Positions 48,005 to 58,383 are shown, numbered from the whole stretch's first letter. The stretch: DNA of 62,779 nucleotides, filler included, from Bdellovibrionota bacterium (GCA_963169515.1; 5 parts of 5 records of this genome joined end to end with filler, not necessarily neighbours in it); one strand, 5' to 3'. The notes: generated from the sequence alone by a model not told the origin. Program-made: numbers and translations.

Positions 48005-48718
48005 ATGGATAAGGTACTGGTTGTTATTCCCACCTATAACGAACGTGAGAACGTGCAAAAAATTGCAAATGCCATTCGACAGCAGAGCCTTAGTGTGCAT
48101 ATTTTGTTTGTTGACGATACATCTCCTGATAAAACCTATGAAATCATCCAAGAAATGTCTGAAAATTCATCGGATGTATTCCTGTTGAAAAAAGAAAAAA
48201 AAGGGGGCCTAGGAAGAGCGTATGTTGCAGGCTTCAATTGGGGAATTTCGCGCGGATATACTGTCATGGTAGAAATGGATGCCGACTTTTCCCATCGGCC
48301 TGAGGATCTTTCAAGAATTATTACTGAAGTTAGAGGAAATCCCGGAGTAGATGTTTTTATCGGCTCGCGATATGTGCCCGGGGGAGCCACGCAAAACTGG
48401 AATTGGTATCGAAAATTTATTAGTAAAGGCGGCAGCTTTTATTCCCGTGCAGTTTTGGGGTATCCTATTAATGATTGGACGGGTGGATTTAATGCCTACA
48501 GAAGCCCTGTTTTGCAAGCCATAGGTCTGGAGAACATAAAATCTGAGGGATACAGTTTCCAAATTGAACTAAAATATAGATCTATTAATAAGGGTTTCAA
48601 ATACCTTGAAATTCCCATCATCTTTGAGGAACGGCGTGCGGGAAAGAGTAAAATGTCGTCGAAAATTTTTTTTGAAGCTGTTGCTCGTGTCTGGGCTATT
48701 CGGTTTTCTCGGATCTGA
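48005..48718 (+). CDS. Polyprenol-phosphate mannosyltransferase-like GT2 (Ppm1/DPM1)
   Basis: IPTYNE, VDD.SPD.T, MDADFSH, GSRY, GYSFQIE, R.GKSKM. Confidence 0.9.
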   Translation: MDKVLVVIPTYNERENVQKIANAIRQQSLSVHILFVDDTSPDKTYEIIQEMSENSSDVFLLKKEKKGGLGRAYVAGFNWGISRGYTVMVEMDADFSHRPEDLSRIITEVRGNPGVDVFIGSRYVPGGATQNWNWYRKFISKGGSFYSRAVLGYPINDWTGGFNAYRSPVLQAIGLENIKSEGYSFQIELKYRSINKGFKYLEIPIIFEERRAGKSKMSSKIFFEAVARVWAIRFSRI

Positions 48719-49535
48719 AGCGTGGGCTGCACAAAGTGCTCTCGTCGTAACAGATGGGGCTATCGTTTACAAAAAAGCAGATTTTGATGCACCAATAATT
48801 GGTTATTTTAGAGCTGGAGAAAAGGTTCGCATCTCTGAAAAAACTTTTGGTCCTTTTTATCGTGTGAAATTTAAGCAAGGAATTCTTGGGTACGTTGCGG
48901 ATATTGATGTTGCACCCCAGAAGGATGGAAAGGTATCCGCAAAGCCCGGAAAAGCCAACAAAGGGAAAAAAGCAAAGCAGGCAAAAACAAAATCTTCAAA
49001 GCCGATAGCAAATCGCAGTTTGTTGAATCGCTCACTTTATGGATTGACCGCCGGAATGGTCCAATGGTCTGAGTTGTTTAATCAACGTGAATTTAGTGAT
49101 TCGATGATTTTTTATGGTGCCAAAGCAAGTCTTCCATTCAAATCAATTTTAGACGGCCCTTTCACCCTTGATTTATCTGCAATATTTAGCTTCTCTGCTC
49201 CGAGCTACATTCAACAGGCGAGTACGACGCCCGTTTCGTCTATGATTGCGATCGTAGATGCAAGTATACTCTATACATTTTCGGAAATGATGGGACGACG
49301 TTTGATTTCATATTTTGGAGCAGGCCCCGTTCTGACTTATAACAGTTTCAAGGGAACATTCTCGGCGACATCACTCGACATACTGGAGGTAAAGGTTGGT
49401 GGCGCAGCTGTGCTTGGTGCTGGCTACCAGATTTCACGGCGGCGCTCAGATATGGTCGCAAAAATTGAAGGCCGCTACTACTTTACAGAGTCAAATCAAC
49501 TCGCAATACTTGCCGCATTTCAAGTCGGTCTGTAA
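48672..49535 (+). CDS. SH3b domain plus outer-membrane beta-barrel protein
   Basis: Signal peptide (AWA), SH3b-like VY..ADFDAPIIG...FYRV...GYV, Lys-rich linker, C-terminal beta strands. Confidence 0.65.
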   Translation: MKLLLVSGLFGFLGSEAWAAQSALVVTDGAIVYKKADFDAPIIGYFRAGEKVRISEKTFGPFYRVKFKQGILGYVADIDVAPQKDGKVSAKPGKANKGKKAKQAKTKSSKPIANRSLLNRSLYGLTAGMVQWSELFNQREFSDSMIFYGAKASLPFKSILDGPFTLDLSAIFSFSAPSYIQQASTTPVSSMIAIVDASILYTFSEMMGRRLISYFGAGPVLTYNSFKGTFSATSLDILEVKVGGAAVLGAGYQISRRRSDMVAKIEGRYYFTESNQLAILAAFQVGL

Positions 49536-49602
49536 ATAACGCAGCACATAAATACCTCTAAAAAATGACCGCTCCTCAGGCATAGGCTATAGCTAATGAC
49601 CT

Positions 49603-51354
49603 ATGTCGATTCAATTACTGGATGCTGATACCATCAATCAAATTGCGGCAGGTGAGGTTCTTGAACGCCCGGCTAATTTAGTCAAAGAACTGATAGAAAA
49701 TAGCCTTGATGCAGGCGCAACTCAAATCGACATCGAAATTGATCATGGCGGGCGCTCTTTGAAAGTTTCTGACAATGGAAAGGGTATGTCTGCAAAGGAC
49801 CTAGAGCTGTCCATAGCTAGGCACGCAACGAGTAAAATTAATAAATTTAGTGATTTATGGTCCCTAAATACTTTTGGGTTTCGGGGTGAAGCTTTGGCTT
49901 CGGCATCGGCAGTATCACGAATGACCATCACTTCGCGCCTACAGGGAGAAGGCCATGCGTTCCAATTAAAAAATGAATTTGGAAAAATATCAGCTGTGAT
50001 TTCTGTGGGGGGAGAGCCGGGGACAGAAGTTTTTATTACGAATTTATTTGAAAATGTTCCGGCGCGGTTGAAGTTTTTGAAAACTGATAGTGCAGAAGTT
50101 TCTAACATCTTAAAGTCCATAAGAGCCATGGCGCTTTCGACCCCAACCGTAGGTTTTAAAGTGAGGCAAAATGGCCAAGTGAAGGCGTATTACCCTGTTG
50201 CAAAGGATTTTGTTTCGCGAGCTCAGGATGTTTTAGGTTTCGAAAAGCTCTATGTTGCCAGCAAAAAAATTGATAATTTTGAAGTTGAAATTATTTATTC
50301 GAGTCCGAATGATGTTGCACACTCAAGCCAAAGTATCTGGATATTTGTTCAAGGTCGTTGGATTCAAGATAGGGGCATTGCAAAAGCCATTTTTGACTCC
50401 TATCGAAATCTGCTGATGCATGGGGAATACCCAATTTGTGTTATACATTTAAAATGCAATCCAAACGTGATAGATATCAACATTCACCCAACGAAGTCTC
50501 AGGTGAAATTTCAAAATTCAAGCGATGTTTTCCGCCTGGTTCACGGGACGCTTCGTAGTGAACTTGAAAAAGCACCTTGGCTTGAGCAAGTCTTTAATAA
50601 AGAGCCCACGCGTGAGATTGCTTCTGATTTTACACATTATAATTCAGAAACTTTACAGGATTCTGCGTTTGCCATAACAGCATTCAGACAGAAGAGCATC
50701 GAGGCCTCGCCGATGCTTTCTGGAACTACGCTTCCGACGGCCCAAACTGTCGAGCCAATCCAAATGGAATACTGGGGAAATTTGCAAATCCTAGGTCAAG
50801 CGAATCTGACATATATTTTGGCCCAGTCTCGTCACAGTTTGATTTTGGTCGACCAACATGCAGCCCATGAACGAGTGGTTTTTGAAAAATTATTTAAATC
50901 TTGGAAAGAAAATAAGACTGAAACTCAAAACCTATTGCTTCCACTTCCAATTGTAATGGAGCCGCATTTTATCGAATCCATTTTAAAATTAACGGCCGAA
51001 CTTATGCAAGCGGGAATTCAAATTGAGCGAAGCGGCCCAGACGCGATTTATGTGACAGGAATTCCTGCCATCATCAAAGAATCAGCTGTTGAAAATATTG
51101 TAGAGAAAATAGCGCGAGACTCTCACGAATATGGTGGAAGCTTTGCCATTGAAAAGTCCATAGGTGATATTTTTGCGTCTATGGCGTGTCATTCTGTTGT
51201 TCGAGCAGGACAGGCTTTAAGCAATGACGAAATGAAGGAGCTTTTGGCCCAAATGGATGAATTTCCTTTGTCCAGTTTTTGTCCTCACGGTCGCCCAGTT
51301 TACAAAGAGTATACATTTAATGAATTGGATCGCGAGTTCGGTCGTATCCTATGA
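49603..51354 (+). CDS. mutL: DNA mismatch repair endonuclease MutL
   Basis: IAAGEV, RHATSK, GFRGEAL, DQHAAHER, CPHGRP. Confidence 0.97.
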   Translation: MSIQLLDADTINQIAAGEVLERPANLVKELIENSLDAGATQIDIEIDHGGRSLKVSDNGKGMSAKDLELSIARHATSKINKFSDLWSLNTFGFRGEALASASAVSRMTITSRLQGEGHAFQLKNEFGKISAVISVGGEPGTEVFITNLFENVPARLKFLKTDSAEVSNILKSIRAMALSTPTVGFKVRQNGQVKAYYPVAKDFVSRAQDVLGFEKLYVASKKIDNFEVEIIYSSPNDVAHSSQSIWIFVQGRWIQDRGIAKAIFDSYRNLLMHGEYPICVIHLKCNPNVIDINIHPTKSQVKFQNSSDVFRLVHGTLRSELEKAPWLEQVFNKEPTREIASDFTHYNSETLQDSAFAITAFRQKSIEASPMLSGTTLPTAQTVEPIQMEYWGNLQILGQANLTYILAQSRHSLILVDQHAAHERVVFEKLFKSWKENKTETQNLLLPLPIVMEPHFIESILKLTAELMQAGIQIERSGPDAIYVTGIPAIIKESAVENIVEKIARDSHEYGGSFAIEKSIGDIFASMACHSVVRAGQALSNDEMKELLAQMDEFPLSSFCPHGRPVYKEYTFNELDREFGRIL

Positions 51355-52316
51355 TATCTCAAAATTCAGTTGATTCAGACAAATTTGTTCTTCCGCCCAA
51401 ATCGTCTTTGAAAACAGTTTTTATTCTGGGGGCTACGGCAACGGGAAAATCTTCCTTTGCGATGGAATGTGCTCGCCGCTTTGGCGGCGAAATCCTTAAC
51501 TGCGATAGCATTCAGATGTATAAATCCCTTGATATTGGATCTGCAAAGCCATCTAGAAGTGAAAGGCAATCTATCCCGCACCATCTTGTTGATTTTATAT
51601 CGGAAGGGCAAAGCTACACTGCTGGCCAATTTCGTAGGGATGCGCAAGCGATTCTTCATGGTGCGAGCGTAAGGAAGGTCTCGACAGTGTATATTGTTGG
51701 AGGCAGTGGGTTCTACGTTCAGGCACTTCAAAAAGGCCTATTTGAGATTCCGGATGTTTCTCTTGAAATTAAGAATGCTGTTCGAAACGAATCAATTTCG
51801 AAGCTTTATGCCGAGTTAATAGAAAAAGATCCTGATTATGCGAAGAAAATTAAGCCGCAAGACAGTTATAGGATAGCTCGAGCAATAGAAGTAATTCGGG
51901 AAACGGGCCAAACAATGACCAGTTTTCGCCGCAATTTTCGTCCCGAAGACTTTCCTTATCTTAGTTTGAAAGTGGGGTTGCGGTTATCCAAACAGCAATT
52001 GGTAGAACGGATAAAACAACGTGTTGTTGAAATGCTGGCAAAGGGTTGGGTTGAAGAAACTGAAGCAATCGTAAATAAGGGGTTAGGGGACTGGCCAGCC
52101 CTCAGAAGCGTGGGATACCGGGAATGTGTACAGCGCTTGCGAGGCGAAATTGATGAGACTGCGCTTTCGGATCGCATTGTGCAATCTACGGTTCACTTGG
52201 CCAAAAGACAAAGTACTTGGTTTAGGCGAGATCTGGATATACAGTGGGTCGACCCCAGCCGAGAGCTGGAGTTAGCGTTTAAACAGATAGAGATATTCCT
52301 CGGGAGCCGTGTGTAA
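51351..52316 (+). CDS. miaA: tRNA dimethylallyltransferase
   Basis: GATATGKS, DSIQMY..LDIGSAKP, VGGSGFY, AKRQSTW. Confidence 0.95.
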   Translation: MISQNSVDSDKFVLPPKSSLKTVFILGATATGKSSFAMECARRFGGEILNCDSIQMYKSLDIGSAKPSRSERQSIPHHLVDFISEGQSYTAGQFRRDAQAILHGASVRKVSTVYIVGGSGFYVQALQKGLFEIPDVSLEIKNAVRNESISKLYAELIEKDPDYAKKIKPQDSYRIARAIEVIRETGQTMTSFRRNFRPEDFPYLSLKVGLRLSKQQLVERIKQRVVEMLAKGWVEETEAIVNKGLGDWPALRSVGYRECVQRLRGEIDETALSDRIVQSTVHLAKRQSTWFRRDLDIQWVDPSRELELAFKQIEIFLGSRV

Positions 52317-53182
52317 TGTTGAGTATGACGGGCATTGGCGTTGCCACAGCGAAAGCAAAGGACCTCTCCGCAAACGTGACGGTGAGGGCTGTTAACAGCA
52401 GGTATCTTGATCTTCGTTTGTACCTGCCGGACCAGCTACAGCTTCTAGAGTCTGATGTCCGAAAAATAGTTTCTGAAAAGATGAAGAGGGGAACGGTTTC
52501 TGTTTCAGTTGAACTTGCATCTGATGCAGCGTCAGGCTTGGAAATTGACTTTGAAAAGGCAAAAAAATTTTATGAACAAGCTAAGATCCTTGGGAAAAAA
52601 TTAAAACTGGATACCGATATTACTCTAGATTCTATAGTGAAAACGCCTGATCTCTTCAAAAGTAACTCGCCCGTGCTCTCAGACGCCCAGAAAAAGTTAG
52701 TTGTCGGGGCTGTTGATGAGGCGGTTGATTCTTGCAATAAAGAACGCAAACGAGAAGGGCAGGCAACTCTGGTGTTATTTAAGAGTCTGCTGGCAGATCT
52801 AAAGGATCATATAGAATTTGTTCAAAAACGCGCCCACCCTGAGGGAGCAGAAGTAACAAAAAAGATCTTGGAAAGATTAGAAAAATTGGGACTTAAAGGT
52901 GAGATCGACCCCGGTCGTATTGCACAGGAAGTGGTCATGCAGCTCGAAAAGGCAGATGTTTCCGAAGAGGTAGAACGAATTTTGGAGCACTTGAACGGCA
53001 TGGGGAAGGCCATTCTGTCTACAGATCCCGTTGGGAAAAAACTCGAATTCTATACTCAAGAACTGTTTCGCGAGTTCAATACCGTAGGATCTAAATCACA
53101 GGATGCTGAAGTCACAAAAGTTATGATAGAATCGAAAGTAATAATCGAACGACTTCGAGAACAGGTACAAAACATCGAATGA
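52316..53182 (+). CDS. yicC: YicC/YloC-family endoribonuclease
   Basis: SMTG, VNSRYL, QELFREFNT.GSK, REQVQNIE. Confidence 0.92.
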   Translation: MLSMTGIGVATAKAKDLSANVTVRAVNSRYLDLRLYLPDQLQLLESDVRKIVSEKMKRGTVSVSVELASDAASGLEIDFEKAKKFYEQAKILGKKLKLDTDITLDSIVKTPDLFKSNSPVLSDAQKKLVVGAVDEAVDSCNKERKREGQATLVLFKSLLADLKDHIEFVQKRAHPEGAEVTKKILERLEKLGLKGEIDPGRIAQEVVMQLEKADVSEEVERILEHLNGMGKAILSTDPVGKKLEFYTQELFREFNTVGSKSQDAEVTKVMIESKVIIERLREQVQNIE

Positions 53183-53742
53183 AAACACGTCTTATAGTTG
53201 TGTCGGCGCCGAGTGGCGCAGGAAAAACGTCTTTGTGTGAACGAGCACTGAAAGACTTTTCACTTTTGGAGGACGTGATTACATATACAACGCGGAGTAT
53301 GCGTCCCGGTGAAAAAGAGGGAGAGCCCTACCACTTTGTAGCCCATGAAAATTTTGAAAAGCTAAAAAACGCAGGTTTCTTTATTGAGTGGGCTATTGTT
53401 CACAACAATCAATATGGAACTCCAAAGCATGTGTTTTCTGATGCGTGGGAAAGAAGTAAGCATCTTATTATGGATGTCGATGTTCAAGGGGCCGCGACCT
53501 TGCGCAAGGTTTTTCCTGATGCGACCTTTGTATTTATATTACCCCCGAGCCTTGACGAGCTGCGCAACAGACTTACAAAGCGTGACGGATCAAAGTCCAA
53601 GGACATCGAAGTGAGGCTCAAAAATGCGGAACTTGAACTGAAACACGCAAGTGAGTTTGAGCATAAGATTGTGAATGATAATTTTGATAAAGCCTATGAC
53701 CAATTCAAGAAAATCATTGAAGATTCCCTGATTTATAAGTAA
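53179..53742 (+). CDS. gmk: Guanylate kinase
   Basis: APSGAGKT, TTR..RPGE, YGT, DVQG, PPSL. Confidence 0.96.
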   Translation: MKTRLIVVSAPSGAGKTSLCERALKDFSLLEDVITYTTRSMRPGEKEGEPYHFVAHENFEKLKNAGFFIEWAIVHNNQYGTPKHVFSDAWERSKHLIMDVDVQGAATLRKVFPDATFVFILPPSLDELRNRLTKRDGSKSKDIEVRLKNAELELKHASEFEHKIVNDNFDKAYDQFKKIIEDSLIYK

Positions 53743-53777
53743 TAAAAATAGCTTACCCTTAGCCCCAGGAGGAATGG

Positions 53778-54014
53778 ATGGCTCGAATTACTGTCGAAGA
53801 TTGCCTAGAACAGGTGAACAATCGATTCGCATTGGTGATGTTGGTTGCTAAGCGAGCAAAACATTTGCTTAAAGGGGCCTCTGCCACCGTACAGGCGAAG
53901 GACAACAAGAAAATCGTTCAGGCACTCCGTGAGGTTGCTAAAGGTACTGTGAAATATGACGGGGTTACAGAAGAGGTAGCCATGAGGGACATTCAGGCAG
54001 ATTTGCTTCGCTAA
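53778..54014 (+). CDS. rpoZ: RNA polymerase omega subunit
   Basis: MARITVEDCL, NRF.LV..AKRA, ALRE. Confidence 0.96.
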   Translation: MARITVEDCLEQVNNRFALVMLVAKRAKHLLKGASATVQAKDNKKIVQALREVAKGTVKYDGVTEEVAMRDIQADLLR

Positions 54015-54082
54015 GCTTATGCTTTCACAGGAAATTACCGAATTCTTCTGATGTGTGCTACTTGCGATTGAAGGACTAGGTA

Positions 54083-56293
54083 ATGGCTAAAGCCGCTCTC
54101 CAAGAATCTAAAAATTTAAAACCAATAAAGTCCATTGAAGACCTTCTAGTTCGCATTCAATCCTACTATTCGAACGCTGATTTGGCTTTCATTCGTAAAG
54201 CATATGATTTTTCGGAAAAATGTCATTCAGGGCAAATTCGTCGAAGTGGTGAAGCGTATATTTCACACCCACTTTCAGTGGCGGGGATTCTGACAGATCT
54301 GAACCTAGATTTACCATCAATCGCAACAGGGTTGCTACACGATACTGTTGAGGATACGCACGCAACGCTTGATGAAATTGAAAAACAGTTTGGAAAAGTT
54401 GTGAGCGAGCTTGTGGACGGTGTTACCAAGTTGTCTCAAATGGAGTTTAGAAATACACACGCAAAACAGGGTGAAAATATCCGCAAAATGATTGTGGCAA
54501 TGGGTCGCGATATTCGTGTGATTCTCGTCAAACTTGCGGATCGCCTGCACAATATGCGGACGCTTAATCATATGCCTTACGAAAAACAGTCCCGAATTGC
54601 TCAAGAGACCTTGGATATCTATGCACCGCTGGCGCATCGGCTTGGTTTGAATGAATGGAAAATTGAGCTTGAAGATTTGAGTATGCGCTATCTAAAGCCA
54701 GATATTTATTATGATCTTGCAGAAAAAGTCGCTAAGAAAAAGAAAGAGCGCGAAGCTTACATTGAAAAGGTAAAAAACATTTTGCGAGATAAATTGGGCG
54801 AAGCAAATATAAAATGTGAAATTTCAGGTCGACCTAAAAATCTATTCTCGATTTATAAAAAGATGCAGACTCGGAATATTGGGTTTGATCAGGTCCATGA
54901 TATTCTTGCGTTTCGAATCATGGTCGAAAATTTGGCCCAGTGCTATGAGGCGCTTGGAATTGTACATTCGCTATACAGACCCATTCCGGGACGATTCAAA
55001 GACTACATCGCAATGGCCAAGGCCAACAATTATCAGAGCTTGCACACCACCGTGATCGGACCGGACGCGGAGCGGGTAGAAATCCAAATTCGTACCCAAC
55101 AAATGCACGAAATCGCAGAGCGCGGAATTGCGGCCCATTGGAACTATAAAGAGGGCGGGACTGCGGACGCGACTGGAATTAATAAGTTTAATTGGCTTAA
55201 AGATCTTGTGACAGCCCATCAGCAGACAAATGATTCGAATGAATTTTTAGAGAGCATTAAAACTGAGTTATTTGAATCTGAAATATATGTTTTTACGCCT
55301 AAAGGTGACGTATTCGAACTGCCAGAAGGTGCCACCCCGTTGGATTTGGCCTACACCATTCACACAGATCTGGGGCATATGACCATCGGTGCAAAAGTGG
55401 ATGGAAAAATTGTTCCCTTGAGACATGCCTTGAAAAACGGTGATACGGTTGAGATTCTATCTTCAAAAACCCAAAAACCATCTAAGGACTGGTTAAAGTT
55501 TTGCATCACCAACAGAGCAAAATCTAAAATTCGTGCATTCATTCGCATTGAAGAGCGAAAACGTTCGATTGAAATTGGAAAAGAACTTGTTGAGAAGGAA
55601 TTCAGAAGCAAGGCTTTGAGTACTCAAAAAATATTTAAAGATGAGAGCTCAGAAGAAGTGCAAAAGTTATTGAAGGCAATGAAGGTTGCAAACCTCGAAG
55701 ATATGTATCTGCAGTTGGGATTTGGAAAGTTATTAGCCTCACAGATTTCTGAGTTCATTGCGCCCAACGCAAAAGCAACGGGTGAGCCTGAGGTGCCAAC
55801 ATTTCTCAGTAAGGTTATTAAAAGTGTAGTGAATAAACGCAGAAAATCTGGGTCCATGATTGAAGTTGATGGCATGGCTGACCTTCTGGTGCGTTTTGCA
55901 AAGTGCTGCAACCCAATTCCTGGCGATTCAATAATTGGATTTATTTCAAGGGGACGTGGCGTGACGGTTCATACGGCCACTTGTCCGAAGGCCTATGCCG
56001 TAGATGTTGAAAGACGGGTTGACGTTGCGTGGAATTCATCGGTGGACACGGCCCGAACAACAAAAATCCGCGTAGTTTCAAACGATGCCCCAGGCTTGTT
56101 AAAGATGATGTCAGAGGCCTTTGCTACTCAGGGCGTAAATATCAACAACGCAAAAATAAGGACAAACAAAGACCACAAAGCGATTTGTATTTTTGAAGTT
56201 TCTGTTAAAGACGTAAGACAATTATTGGATGTGATAAAGAATCTTCAGAAAATCAAAGGTGTCATTCAAGTGGATCGAGTAACACAAGCCTGA
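54083..56293 (+). CDS. relA: Bifunctional (p)ppGpp synthetase/hydrolase
   Basis: Intact HD hydrolase (LLHDTVED), RFKDYI, YQSLHT, EIQIRT, TGS, CC and ACT domains. Confidence 0.95.
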   Translation: MAKAALQESKNLKPIKSIEDLLVRIQSYYSNADLAFIRKAYDFSEKCHSGQIRRSGEAYISHPLSVAGILTDLNLDLPSIATGLLHDTVEDTHATLDEIEKQFGKVVSELVDGVTKLSQMEFRNTHAKQGENIRKMIVAMGRDIRVILVKLADRLHNMRTLNHMPYEKQSRIAQETLDIYAPLAHRLGLNEWKIELEDLSMRYLKPDIYYDLAEKVAKKKKEREAYIEKVKNILRDKLGEANIKCEISGRPKNLFSIYKKMQTRNIGFDQVHDILAFRIMVENLAQCYEALGIVHSLYRPIPGRFKDYIAMAKANNYQSLHTTVIGPDAERVEIQIRTQQMHEIAERGIAAHWNYKEGGTADATGINKFNWLKDLVTAHQQTNDSNEFLESIKTELFESEIYVFTPKGDVFELPEGATPLDLAYTIHTDLGHMTIGAKVDGKIVPLRHALKNGDTVEILSSKTQKPSKDWLKFCITNRAKSKIRAFIRIEERKRSIEIGKELVEKEFRSKALSTQKIFKDESSEEVQKLLKAMKVANLEDMYLQLGFGKLLASQISEFIAPNAKATGEPEVPTFLSKVIKSVVNKRRKSGSMIEVDGMADLLVRFAKCCNPIPGDSIIGFISRGRGVTVHTATCPKAYAVDVERRVDVAWNSSVDTARTTKIRVVSNDAPGLLKMMSEAFATQGVNINNAKIRTNKDHKAICIFEVSVKDVRQLLDVIKNLQKIKGVIQVDRVTQA

Positions 56294-56399
56294 TTACTGC
56301 CCCAACGTCCCCAAGACTATAGATCTGAAAATAAATCCGTACTCCCCGGTGGTCCCGCTTTCAATGATGCTTAATACGATATTCACAGAGGGGGGCAGC

Positions 56400-57917
56400 G
56401 TGAGGACAATCTTAATTTCCTTTCTATTATTTTCATTCAATGTATTTGCAGGGACTGAAAACCTAAAAATTTCTCCAAATGGAATCGTATTTTCAAAAAG
56501 TGCAGCTTTTTCGAAAATTAGTGTTCCTGGTTTTGAACTTTCAAAAAAGGTTGGTGCGCCAGAAGTTCCAGTGAAAAGCTGGCTTCTAGTTGGAAAGCCG
56601 ACTGACATTCAAGTTCGTATGAGCATCACCAAAACATTAAACATACAAAACTTGAAGCCATTTCCTACGCAACCGCAAGATTGCCGATGTGAAACAAAAG
56701 AAAAAAAGGCGTTTCAATACAATCGAGCCGCGTATGAGCAAAATCAGCCGTTTGAGCTTTCCTATGTTGGAGCGTTCCGAGGAACTCCAATTACTCGGTT
56801 AGATGTCTATATGGCTTCCTATGATTCAAGCAATAATTCGACACGTTTTTTGACAGATGTGACTGTCGACTATTCGGCCGAAGAGTATGATTTAAAAGCC
56901 GGAAGTTATACAGACTACCTTATTGTTGCCACTGAAAAATATGCAAATGGAACCAAAGCTTTTGGCGATTGGAAAAAATCTCTTGGTTACACTGTATATA
57001 CAGAAACTGTAAAATCAGCGACAAGTTTGGATGCGATTGCAGCTTTGATTAGAAAATACTACACCGAAAAGGGCATAGACTTCGTGATTCTTGTTGGTGA
57101 TGAAACAGAAATCCCAATGTACAGGGTTTCAACGTCGGGCAGCAGCGACACCCCATCAGATTTGCAATATTATACGATGGACGGTGCGGGTGATAATGTT
57201 GCTGATATGTTCAGTGGCCGTATTGTTGCGACAAGTGAAGCAGATGTTGCAGCTCGTTTGGATAAAGCAATTGAATACGATAAAAAGACTTATAAAAACG
57301 CAATGGGTTTGGAACAAATGATTGGCGTTGCTTCAAACGAAGGTTCCGGTCCGTCAGACAACGAATATATTCTGAGCATAGAAAAGGCTTTTAAAGACGC
57401 TTGGAACATAAGCTCTACCCATTATTATCAGAATAATGCGGATTCAACTGCAGATAATTTAACAAAAAGTTTTTCTGAAGGTGCTTTGTGGATGTTCTAC
57501 CTTGGACATGGTTCAGGGACAAGCTGGCCGAGCCTGCAACAGCCTTATTCAGTTAGCAATATTCCGGCTATGAGCAACCGTGATTCTGTAAAATCAGTAA
57601 TCATTGACGTTGCGTGCATGAATGGAAAATTGAAGCGGGGATACCTTGGCACTTCATTTTCAGCAGTTTCAAATGAAAACGCCTGGGGGGCTGCCGGATA
57701 TTACGGTGGTAGCGTGAATATTTCGTGGCATCCGCCGGCTGTTATGGCTCGGGGTATTGCATTTGAACACACTAAAAATAAATATCGTCATTTAGGTGAG
57801 GCACTTCTTGCGGGTCAATTGTACTTGGCGGCTAACTGGAACGACCAAGAAGATGTCGTTGATAATTACGAGTGGTATCATCTACAAGGCGATCCAGGAA
57901 TGCTAATCGGCGAATAG
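56400..57917 (+). CDS. Peptidase C25 (gingipain-like) cysteine protease
   Basis: Propeptide GAPEVP, FVILVGD, SD..Y, GR, YLGHG (His), VACMNG (Cys), LGEA, LQGDP; GTG 56400 after a GGGGG SD; signal peptide. Confidence 0.85.
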   Translation: MRTILISFLLFSFNVFAGTENLKISPNGIVFSKSAAFSKISVPGFELSKKVGAPEVPVKSWLLVGKPTDIQVRMSITKTLNIQNLKPFPTQPQDCRCETKEKKAFQYNRAAYEQNQPFELSYVGAFRGTPITRLDVYMASYDSSNNSTRFLTDVTVDYSAEEYDLKAGSYTDYLIVATEKYANGTKAFGDWKKSLGYTVYTETVKSATSLDAIAALIRKYYTEKGIDFVILVGDETEIPMYRVSTSGSSDTPSDLQYYTMDGAGDNVADMFSGRIVATSEADVAARLDKAIEYDKKTYKNAMGLEQMIGVASNEGSGPSDNEYILSIEKAFKDAWNISSTHYYQNNADSTADNLTKSFSEGALWMFYLGHGSGTSWPSLQQPYSVSNIPAMSNRDSVKSVIIDVACMNGKLKRGYLGTSFSAVSNENAWGAAGYYGGSVNISWHPPAVMARGIAFEHTKNKYRHLGEALLAGQLYLAANWNDQEDVVDNYEWYHLQGDPGMLIGE

Positions 57918-57922
57918 ATAAG

Positions 57923-57971
57923 GGTGCCAGACACCGAGCGTCCGAATTACGGACGCTCGGTGTCTGGCACC
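57923..57971. repeat. Perfect 22-bp inverted repeat built from REP-like units; may act as terminator
   Basis: GGTGCCAGACACCGAGCGTCCG-aatta-CGGACGCTCGGTGTCTGGCACC. Confidence 0.8.
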
Positions 57972-58149
57972 TTAACTGTGGGAAACTTCATAAAAAAATC
58001 ATGATGCGTAAAATCAATATACAGTGATTTCAATATGTTACATATTTTTTAGCTTGAGAAACTTTGGTCTAGTCCGATATACTATATACATCTAGAACTC
58101 CAATAACCAGCTGTGGGATAGTTAGCGGATGGATTAGAAGGAGTAATAT

Positions 58150-58380
58150 ATGGCACGCGAAAAGAGACATTATTTTAGGCGATGCCATGTCTGTAATGAC
58201 GTGACTAGTTCGCAAAGTCCCGTCCAATACTGTGAGCACTGTGGGAAGGCGATTGCGGCTTATTGTTATTTTAATGAGCAAGACGTGATTGTAGCAAGCG
58301 ACGATAAGGAAAGGCCGCGCTATAAGGGCGCTCAGGTGATTCCTATTGTGGGACTCTCCGCATACTGGGGAATGTTCTAA
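58150..58380 (+). CDS. Small zinc-ribbon-like hypothetical protein
   Basis: CHVC..CEHC; AAGGAG SD. Confidence 0.75.
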   Translation: MAREKRHYFRRCHVCNDVTSSQSPVQYCEHCGKAIAAYCYFNEQDVIVASDDKERPRYKGAQVIPIVGLSAYWGMF

Positions 58381-58383
58381 TTA

